Positions 29,011-36,557 of a DNA stretch of 64,000 nucleotides are shown here, in pieces. Below the pieces are notes generated by a model. It worked only from the letters and a program-made list of their open reading frames with translations, was not told the DNA's origin and made no database searches. The stretch covers positions 672,001-736,000 of the forward strand of contig CAWCDG010000004.1 of assembly GCA_963794325.1 (NCBI GenBank). Reading direction: 5' to 3'. Position 1 is the first letter of the stretch; every line of letters begins with the position of its first letter. Position numbers and translations under genes: made by a program. The DNA is from an uncultured delta proteobacterium. GTDB taxonomy: Bacteria > Desulfobacterota > Binatia > Binatales > Binataceae.

Positions 29011-29773
29011 CTATTGCGCCGTTAGTCCGCCGTCCACCGACATGGAGCATCCGGTGACGAATGAGGCCGCATCTGAGCATAGCCACACCACGGCTTCCGC
29101 TATCTCTTCGGGGCGCGCCTTGCGGCCGATCGGTTCCACTTCGTCGAGTCGAGCCGCGAGCTTGGGCCTTCCCGCGACCATCCCTTCGACCAGCGGAGTA
29201 TCGACGACTCCGGGACAAACGTCATTGATTCTGATTCCCGACGCGCGCGTACTCGAGCGCCGCGCATTTGGTCAGGCCGACGACTCCGTGCTTGGCCGCG
29301 GTGTACGCGGGCATCGAATGCGACCCGACCAGGCCGGCAGCCGATGCAGTGTTGACGATCGCGCCGGGACTTTTCTGCGCGATGAACTGACGGATCTCGG
29401 CGCGCATGCACAGCCACACGCCCTTGAGATTGACGGCGATGATCTTGTCGAACTCAGCTTCGTCGTAGTCCGCCGTTTTGCGTTGAGTGCCGGCGATTCC
29501 GGCATTGTTGAACGCGCAATCGAGCCGCCCGAATGCTTTCACCGCCGCCGCGACCAGAGACTCGACATCTCTCGCATTCGATACGTCGCAACGGACGAAT
29601 TGCGCTTCGCCGCCGACGTCGCGAATTCGGCTGACGGTCTGCTCTCCGCCTTCTTCGGCCATATCGGCGACGATCACGCGCGCACCTTCACGCGCGAAAA
29701 CGATGGCCGCCGCTCTGCCGATTCCGGACGCCGCGCCGGTTATTAATGCGCTCTTGCCAGCGAGTAATGCCAT
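29011..29773 (-). CDS. Short-chain dehydrogenase/reductase, frameshift near 29237
   Basis: TGAASGIG, NNAG, YTAAK; C-terminus GIRINDVCPG...VDGGLTAQ continues in another frame. Confidence 0.85.
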
Positions 29774-29815
29774 CGGTTTATCTCCCGGTTATCGCGAATG
29801 TGGCGATGAAAATAA

Positions 29816-29922
29816 CGCAAAGAAATAATCGCCTGCGCGGCGGGCGGCAGGGGTGACCCCTGCACCCAGTGAAAAGTGAAAAGTGAGAAGCGCGAAATGT
29901 TGAGGACAACCTTTCGCTCTCA
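29816..29922. repeat. Structured intergenic repeat (family A, copy 1)
   Basis: AATAATCGCCTGCGCGGCGGGCGGCA...GTGAAAAGTGAGAAGCGCGAAATGTTGAGGACAACCTTTCGCTCT shared with two other copies. Confidence 0.9.
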
Positions 29923-30168
29923 CGGCTGAATCGAGATGCCAAACGAGCCGGATTTCAAACTGAGACACTACCCATCTCCCCGGTTCTCCGCGATTGTGGC
30001 ACCGTCGTTTGTGATCTACCAATATGTTGCAGCGCGGACCAGTGAACGAGCCGGGGAGGTACTTCGCGGGGATACCAGGGACTAGACCGTAAACAGGGGT
30101 TTATCGCGCGGGATGGAATCAAAGACGGTCCTCGTATAACGTAACCTCACTCTACAGGGGGCGCATCC

Positions 30169-30534
30169 ATGTCCATTGTGAAATCACTGTTACTGGCTGG
30201 AATTGTGCTGGCGAGTCTCGCGAGTCAAGTCTGTGCACAGACCACCATCTATGAGGGGCCCGGCACATACTCCACCTACGGCAACCAAACATATGGACCG
30301 GGCGGAACTCAATCCACCTACGGAAATCAGACCTATACTCCGGATGGGACGTACTCGACCTACGGAAACCAAACGTATGGCTCCGACGGGAGTAGTTATT
30401 CGACGTATGGAAACACAACATACGGCAGCGACGGTACAACTTCCCAGACCTACGGGAACCAGACCTATATCACCGGCCCGAATGGCCAGAGCCAAACTTG
30501 CTCGACGTACGGCAATCAAACCTACTGCAACTAG
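30169..30534 (+). CDS. Secreted protein with six TYGN(Q/T)TY repeats
   Basis: Signal peptide; tandem repeats; two C-terminal Cys. Confidence 0.8.
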   Translation: MSIVKSLLLAGIVLASLASQVCAQTTIYEGPGTYSTYGNQTYGPGGTQSTYGNQTYTPDGTYSTYGNQTYGSDGSSYSTYGNTTYGSDGTTSQTYGNQTYITGPNGQSQTCSTYGNQTYCN

Positions 30535-30678
30535 GCGATGACATTCTCGATACGCGCCCGCTCTTGGCTAAAGCGCGGGCAGCAGAAACAACCGGCTCCA
30601 TAAAAATCCGACCTGTCACGTCGCTGACACTCGCCACGTCTGATGATATGACAGACCGGAAATTTAGATAGTCGGAAT

Positions 30679-31187
30679 TTATTCGGAGGCTTTTGGTTCG
30701 CTCGCAACGACCGCAGGTTCAGCGCCAACCACTTTGACCGGCTTTGCGGTCGTGATTGTCAGTACCGGAAGGACATAGGGCGGAAATCCCATACGAGATG
30801 TCAAAGAGAAAAACATCTCTCTGGCGAATGGCCACGAATGATACGCGCCATTCGCTTGTGCGAAGTGCGCAATATCGGCGTCAGATATCGGCTCTTGCCC
30901 GCCGACCGCATAAACCATTCGGTAGACGAGCGAAATTTCGGCGACGGGGGCCCTTCACTCGATACCTTCAGATCATGATGGCAGGCCAATTCGATCACGT
31001 TCGGCTCTACATGAACGGGTTCGTACTGATCGCTGAATTCGGGTTGCAAACTGCTCGAACCGGTCACTTTGCCAGGTTCGCGTTTGGCGCGCACTTCTTC
31101 AAGCCACACATCGGAAAGATTCACTCGTCTCGCTATGCGCAAGACAGCCGCCATGTCAGGCACAATACGTTCAGTGCGTTCAGCCAT
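30679..31187 (-). CDS. SecB-like chaperone of a TAC system, frameshift in the G/C run near 30950
   Basis: Joined frames give ...VAEISLVYRMVYAV...FAQANGAYHSWPFAREMFFSLTSRMGFPPYVLP (SecB-type P.RE...T...G.PP..LP). Confidence 0.8.
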
Positions 31188-31195
31188 TAGTTCCT

Positions 31196-31570
31196 TCAAG
31201 CTGCCAGATCATAAGCACCCGCCCCTTCGGCGGGTGCTTGATTTTCAGACATGCATACTTCGAGCTGCGCAGGCGCTTCAGAGAGCCAGCCCCATTGGAG
31301 AGGCCTGAGATCGAAGGCAACTTCAAAGCCGCAAACAGCCAACGCCTTAGCGAGCGTTCTGATGGTCAAATTGTGGCTACCACTAAGCATCCTGGTCACG
31401 AAAGAACGCGAGGAGCCCATCCTACGGGCCAATTCAGCATTGCTAAACTCACGTTCTTTCATCGCATTGCATATGGTTGATTGGGCGATCGCCAACGCAG
31501 TCTCCGCAACCACATCGGTATCAATAGGGCGTTCATTCCTCGATTCCCAAGATAGATTTTTCATCGTCAT
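31196..31570 (-). CDS. XRE-HTH (HigA-like) antitoxin with C-terminal extension
   Basis: SNAELARRMGSSRSFVTRMLSGSHNLTIRTL; ATGA overlap with the toxin; ends YDLAA. Confidence 0.8.
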   Translation of the reverse strand: MTMKNLSWESRNERPIDTDVVAETALAIAQSTICNAMKEREFSNAELARRMGSSRSFVTRMLSGSHNLTIRTLAKALAVCGFEVAFDLRPLQWGWLSEAPAQLEVCMSENQAPAEGAGAYDLAA

Positions 31571-31965
31571 GCTCCTGCTCCTAAGATTTCGTCCGTGTAC
31601 TCTCCGAAGAGAGCTAAAGCCGTGCCAATCTCCCGTTCTTCCTTTCCGGTCTTTCCCGGTTTGTCTTTGACCCAACCGTTGAACAGAACGATATCGACGC
31701 GGGTCCCTTGCTGTTTGCGGTAGCAATAGATTCGGTGGTCGTGTTCCTTGAATTCCCACAGTGGTTTGGTTTTGAGCGGCTTGAAGCGCTGCGGATTGCA
31801 AAAAGCGGCGCCCTGTTTAGTCACTGCCGCGAATGGACCTTCAAATTTATCGCGCATGGACTTTTGGCATCCATCCATGAACAGCGCGGCAGGACATCGG
31901 CCATTGCTCCGTTCAAACATGGAGACGCTTCCAAGCGGACCTATCACGCGAGGGCGTAGAGGCAA
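31567..31965 (-). CDS. RelE/HigB (Gp49-like) toxin
   Basis: RFKPL...LWEFK...HRIYCY...IVLFNGWVK...EI..A pattern; toxin-first gene order. Confidence 0.75.
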   Translation of the reverse strand: MPLRPRVIGPLGSVSMFERSNGRCPAALFMDGCQKSMRDKFEGPFAAVTKQGAAFCNPQRFKPLKTKPLWEFKEHDHRIYCYRKQQGTRVDIVLFNGWVKDKPGKTGKEEREIGTALALFGEYTDEILGAGA

Positions 31966-32020
31966 GTTAACCTTCCCATCCTCACCACCACAGCTTTGTT
32001 ATTCTCTTCGCCCATCGGGT

Positions 32021-32052
32021 TGTTACCATATAAGATAACACTTCGCTGTCAA
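32021..32052 (-). promoter_or_regulatory. Sigma70-type promoter of the TAC operon with an overlapping palindrome
   Basis: Minus-strand TTGACA-N16-TATGGT; imperfect palindrome TGTTACC-N6-GATAACA over the -10. Confidence 0.5.
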
Positions 32053-32132
32053 GAGGCAAGAGGACTATTTCTTTCATATATCTCCTTCGTTCCGGACGAT
32101 CGTCGTTAAGGCGATCAAACGGCGATAAACCC

Positions 32133-32160
32133 TTGCTTGCTTGAGCAAGTCTGGTAATAT
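32133..32160 (+). promoter_or_regulatory. Candidate promoter of the Panacea operon
   Basis: TTGCTT-N16-TAATAT with extended TG. Confidence 0.35.
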
Positions 32161-32232
32161 CGTCACAGATGCGATAGACGATGCACGCGGTATTGGGAGG
32201 TAATCAGCATCCACAACCGGGGGGTTGGAACC

Positions 32233-32829
32233 GTGGAGATTGTTCGATCAGATCAGGTGACGTATGAATTTCCGGAGATGCATCCGGACGAACGGTTGCG
32301 CGAACTGATCCTATACATTGCCGAGAAATGCGCCAGCGATCCTGAGTTCAGCGCGACTCTTCTCAACAAGATCCTTTTCTACGCAGATTTTCTTTCTTTC
32401 GCACAGAGAGGAAAGCCTGTTACTGGGGCGGCATATCAGGCGCTCGACTACGGCCCCGCGCCTAAACGCTTAGTTCCAGTTCGCGATATGATGATCGATG
32501 CTGGCGAATTAGAAATCAAAGAAATCCCGAAGTTCACCTATTCTCGTCAACAATACGTAGCACTCCGGCGCGCAGACCTCGACAGGCTGTTTCGACCGAC
32601 CGACATTGCGTTAGTCGATGAAGTCATCGAGCGTCTTAAGGGAGTAAGCGCTCAGCGGATTAGTGAATTTTCACATCATCGTCTATGGAAGATCGCTAGA
32701 GGCGCGGGCGGAAATTACAGAGGCCTAATACCCTATGAGGCTATGTACATATCTGATGCTCCGCCAAACGAAGCTGATACAAAGCGCGCAAAGGAACTGT
32801 CTGCTAAACTCGGTTGGGCGGTTGACTGA
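32233..32829 (+). CDS. Panacea (DUF4065/SocA-like) domain antitoxin
   Basis: LNKILFYADF, GKPVTGAAYQALDYGP, ISEFSH..W. Confidence 0.85.
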   Translation: MEIVRSDQVTYEFPEMHPDERLRELILYIAEKCASDPEFSATLLNKILFYADFLSFAQRGKPVTGAAYQALDYGPAPKRLVPVRDMMIDAGELEIKEIPKFTYSRQQYVALRRADLDRLFRPTDIALVDEVIERLKGVSAQRISEFSHHRLWKIARGAGGNYRGLIPYEAMYISDAPPNEADTKRAKELSAKLGWAVD

Positions 32830-32834
32830 GTGAA

Positions 32835-33128
32835 GTGCGCACACTTGAAGCAGACGACGCTTACACGGAACAGCTTTCTAAGCTTGGTAATTTACCCTTT
32901 GTTGAAGAAGTCCTCAGAGGAATAACCAACGGAATAGCAAGCTGCGCTGAAGCATTCGACCTAGTTCCCGGCTACACGCAATTGAGAATTGCAAAGACCG
33001 ATGACTTTGATACGGTGGCCGGGAGTTTGCCGCCACTACGAATGTACTTTCGGATTCTAGATAACAATCGAGTTCGATTGATGTGGATCGAAAGGATTGA
33101 TGACGATCCGGGATTGCTAGACGAATGA
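32835..33128 (+). CDS. Small putative RelE-fold toxin
   Basis: 97 aa, 5 nt after the Panacea gene; LRIAKT...LRMYFRI...VRLMWIE. Confidence 0.5.
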   Translation: MRTLEADDAYTEQLSKLGNLPFVEEVLRGITNGIASCAEAFDLVPGYTQLRIAKTDDFDTVAGSLPPLRMYFRILDNNRVRLMWIERIDDDPGLLDE

Positions 33129-33240
33129 AGAAAATAGACCGTCCGCCCGCCGTTCAATCGCCTTTCGGGACTCGCCCGCGTTGTCCCCACGTCAGTTATA
33201 AGTGCCCTAATTAGGACACTACCGCCGGGGAGGAACTACT

Positions 33241-34404
33241 ATGCTTCGGAGCGAGAATCGGATTCTTACTACGCATGCCGGGAGCTTGCCGCGGCGGGAG
33301 AGTTTGACGGCGATGCTGGTGAAAAGCAGTCGCGGAGAGGACGTAGATCGCGCCGCGATGCTCCGCGAGATCGAGGAATCGACTCGCTACGTCGTACAGA
33401 AGCAACTCGAAGCGGGAATCGACGTCGGCAACAACGGCGAGCAATCGCGCGAGAGCTTCTTCACTTACGTGCAGCATCGAATGACCGGCTTTGGCGGACG
33501 CAGCGAGCGGCCAATCATGCGCGACCTGGTCCGCTACCCGAGCTTCCTCAAGATGATGGCGCCGTTGTTTCAGCGATCGATGGTGGATTTGCTTCACGCG
33601 CCGAAGGCGATTGGCGAGGTCCAGTACCGCGACCGGGCCGGCGTCGATCTCGAATGCGCCGATACTTTGCGCATCCTCGACGACCAGCCCGACAAGTTCG
33701 CCGAGCCGTTCATGACTGCGCCGTCGCCGGGGATAATAGCCTCGGCAATGCTCAATGAGTATTACGAGAATTACGAGAAGTATGTAATCGCAGTAGCTAA
33801 AGCATTGCATACTGAGTATGAGTACATAGTATCGAAGGGATTCGTCCTGCAGGTCGATTGTCCCGACCTGGCGATGGAGCGGCACACGTCGTACGCGGAC
33901 CGCCCGCTCACTGATTTTCTGGAGTATGTCGAACTGAATATCGCCGCGATGAATCGAGCGCTGCACGGCATCGCGCCCGATCGGGTCCGCATGCACGTAT
34001 GCTGGGGAAATTACGAGGCGCCGCACGATCTCGACGTGCCGCTCGCGCAGATTCTGCCGATCCTCTATCACGCCAACGTCGGTGCGCTGGTCCTCGAGGC
34101 GGCCAATCCCCGCCACCAGCACGAGTATCGCTGCTTCAAGGAATTCCCGCTGCCGGATCATATGAGCCTCGTCACGGGCGTCATCGATACCAAGACTAAC
34201 TACGTCGAGCATCACGAGGTCGTCGCCGATCGGCTCGAGCGCGCGGCCAATGCGATTGGCGATCCGCGCCGCGTTATGGCCGGGACGGATTGCGGCTTCG
34301 AGACTTCTGCCGGGCTGGGCGAGGTCGCCGAGGAAATAGTGTGGGCGAAGCTGCGCGCGATGCGGGCCGGCGCCGATTTGGCGTCGCACCGGCTATTTCA
34401 CTGA
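33241..34404 (+). CDS. Cobalamin-independent methionine synthase II family protein
   Basis: ILTTHAGSLPR, LQVDCP, HVCWGNY, GTDCGF. Confidence 0.9.
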   Translation: MLRSENRILTTHAGSLPRRESLTAMLVKSSRGEDVDRAAMLREIEESTRYVVQKQLEAGIDVGNNGEQSRESFFTYVQHRMTGFGGRSERPIMRDLVRYPSFLKMMAPLFQRSMVDLLHAPKAIGEVQYRDRAGVDLECADTLRILDDQPDKFAEPFMTAPSPGIIASAMLNEYYENYEKYVIAVAKALHTEYEYIVSKGFVLQVDCPDLAMERHTSYADRPLTDFLEYVELNIAAMNRALHGIAPDRVRMHVCWGNYEAPHDLDVPLAQILPILYHANVGALVLEAANPRHQHEYRCFKEFPLPDHMSLVTGVIDTKTNYVEHHEVVADRLERAANAIGDPRRVMAGTDCGFETSAGLGEVAEEIVWAKLRAMRAGADLASHRLFH

Positions 34405-34432
34405 CGACGATTGCCGTCAGAGCGCAGCGAAG

Positions 34433-34630
34433 AATAATCGCCTGCGCGGCGGGCGGCATCGACACCGTCGCGGGGGGTGCCCCCTGCACCCGGTGAAAAG
34501 TGAGAAGCGCGAAATGTTGAGGACAACCTTTCGCTCTAAGGGGCGGCGGCGCGACGCGGTGCGGACAGGCGTGATGTTCTGCTTTCATCCATCATGGCGC
34601 GCGCCGCACGGTTCAGAGACCGGAACCGGC
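34433..34630. repeat. Structured intergenic repeat (family A, copy 2, with extensions)
   Basis: Core nearly identical to copy 3; followed by GTGATGTTC..CTTTCATC and GAGACCGGAACCGGC. Confidence 0.9.
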
Positions 34631-34715
34631 TTCGCGTGTAACGCGAAGCTGTCCGGAGGCCAGCAGCCATGTCCTGCCGCTCGCGTTGCACACCGTAACG
34701 ATCGGAAGCGACTGA

Positions 34716-34802
34716 GAACCTAACCCCTAACCCCTTCCCGAGCGGGAAGGGGAACCGGATTGTTGGGGAGTAACCTTTTCGCGAGCGGGAAGGGGAACCG
34801 GA
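34716..34802 (-). repeat. REP-like palindromic repeat (family B, copy 2 plus a degenerate tandem copy)
   Basis: GAACCTAACCCCTAACCCCTTCCCGAGCGGGAAGGGGAACCGG, then a partial repeat ending CGGGAAGGGGAACCGG. Confidence 0.75.
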
Positions 34803-34937
34803 GTGTTTGGTCGCGTTGCTCGCTTTGTCAGGATGACACAGGAGGCTCGCGTCGCTCGCTCTGGTCACAAAAACTCACAGACTCACCCACGCCAAGGGCG
34901 CGACCTAACTCGCCCCAGTTAGGATGTTGCGTTGCCC

Positions 34938-36023
34938 TCAGCTATGCCACGGCTCGACGAGGATCTTTGCGTGGGTTTCGGGGGACGCGAGATCCTCGAA
35001 CGCCTTCGCTACGCCCTCGACGCCGACCTTGCCGGTGATTAGCGGGTCGGCGTTGACGCTTCCCTCCGCGAGATGGGTCAGCGTCGCCGCGAATTCATCG
35101 GGCGCGTAGCCGAGCACGAACTGGATGTTCAGCTCCTTGCTGATTCCGGTCAGCGGCTCGATCTGATCGCGCTCCATACACACTCCTACAACAACGATTC
35201 GCGCGTTGCCTGGCGCCGCCGACATGATCCCTTCGATCACGCCTGGAACGCCGACGCATTCGAAGATCACGGCGGGACGGACGGCTGGGCCCGGCATCCA
35301 CGGCGGCAGCATCGGCGCCTTCGACGGATCGCTATACACGGCCATCTCTCGCCAGCTCGCGTACGGCGACTTCTCTTTTGGATCGACGACGACGTCCGCA
35401 CCCATCTGCAGCGCCAGCTCGCGGCGACGCGGTGAAAAATCCGCCGCAACGATCGGATGCACTCCGTTGAGCTTGAGCGCGGCAATCACGGCGAGGCCGA
35501 CCGGGCCGCATCCGATCACGAGCGGCGCGTCATCCTTGCCGAGCCGCGCTTTCTGCACGGCGTGATATCCGACCGCCATCGGCTCGGTCAGCGCCGCGCG
35601 CTCGGTGGAAAGCCCGTTCGGCACTTCGAGCAACAGCATCTCGGTCAGGCGCATCAGCTCGCCGTAGCCGCCGGGATTTTCGTTGGAGTAGCCGACTGCC
35701 GAGACACCGCTGGCGCTGATGAGTACAGGCATCGCGCATACGCGGGTCCCGACCTTCAATCGCTTTTGCGTTTGCGGTCCGTAATCGACCACCTCGGCGC
35801 AGAACTCATGACCCATCACGATGTCGCGCTTGAGATCCATCGGGAACAACGCGCCGGCCTTTCGCGAGTTCTCGACCATCTTCTCCGCATGCTTGAGTGC
35901 GTGCAGATCTGACCCGCAGATTCCGCACGCGAGCGTTTTGACCAGAACCTCGCCCGCTCCAGGAGCCGGTGTGGGTATATTGTCGACGACGAGCTTTTTG
36001 TCTCGCATTATTGCTGCGCGCAT
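34938..36023 (-). CDS. Zinc-binding (MDR) dehydrogenase
   Basis: CGICGSDLH, GHE, TEP, GCGPVG. Confidence 0.92.
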   Translation of the reverse strand: MRAAIMRDKKLVVDNIPTPAPGAGEVLVKTLACGICGSDLHALKHAEKMVENSRKAGALFPMDLKRDIVMGHEFCAEVVDYGPQTQKRLKVGTRVCAMPVLISASGVSAVGYSNENPGGYGELMRLTEMLLLEVPNGLSTERAALTEPMAVGYHAVQKARLGKDDAPLVIGCGPVGLAVIAALKLNGVHPIVAADFSPRRRELALQMGADVVVDPKEKSPYASWREMAVYSDPSKAPMLPPWMPGPAVRPAVIFECVGVPGVIEGIMSAAPGNARIVVVGVCMERDQIEPLTGISKELNIQFVLGYAPDEFAATLTHLAEGSVNADPLITGKVGVEGVAKAFEDLASPETHAKILVEPWHS

Positions 36024-36122
36024 GATGGTTCTCCTTTTCCAGCGGATACTTTATCAGGGATGCGCGGTGGCGGGTAAAGTGCGGGGAGTGACCGAAAGGA
36101 GCGCGCGCAGCGCGCGATTTCG

Positions 36123-36314
36123 GAGACCGGAACCGGCGCAAAGAAATAATCGCCTGCGCGGCGGGCGGCATCGACACCGTCGCGGGGGGTGCCCCCTGCA
36201 CCTGGTGAAAAGTGAGAAGCGCGAAATGTTGAGGACAACCTTTCGCTCTCAGGGTCGGGGGGATGGCTAGCATAAAAGGTGTGATGTTCGACTTTCATCT
36301 ATGAGGGTGCGCGC
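36123..36314. repeat. Structured intergenic repeat (family A, copy 3, with extensions)
   Basis: GAGACCGGAACCGGC precedes the core; GTGATGTTC..CTTTCATC follows. Confidence 0.9.
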
Positions 36315-36557
36315 GGCGCTGAAAATCGCAGGCGGATTCGGGATTCCGCTCGACGTCGACAAGAGCTTCGAGTGGCTGGTTTCGGCGCTGCTCGCCGGTC
36401 TTTCATCGGCATGCTCCGAACGATCATCGCAAGCCGCAATTACGGTCAGGATTTAACATCCGTCCGGCTAGATTCTAACCTTTCGAATTGCTACAAGCGG
36501 GCGACGTCAAAAATCCTGCGGGCATATTCCTGCAGCAACAGCCATGGGGTGGGTTTT

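Noticed and set aside
30260-30530. Periodic ACCTACGG(C/A)AA DNA repeats as a CRISPR-like array
   Set aside because: Variation is at synonymous positions; explained by protein repeats
29816-36314. Family A repeats as a CRISPR array or as short ORFs (AKGCPQHFALLTFH)
   Set aside because: Copies are over 100 bp and kilobases apart, with no spacers or cas genes; the peptide similarity just follows DNA identity
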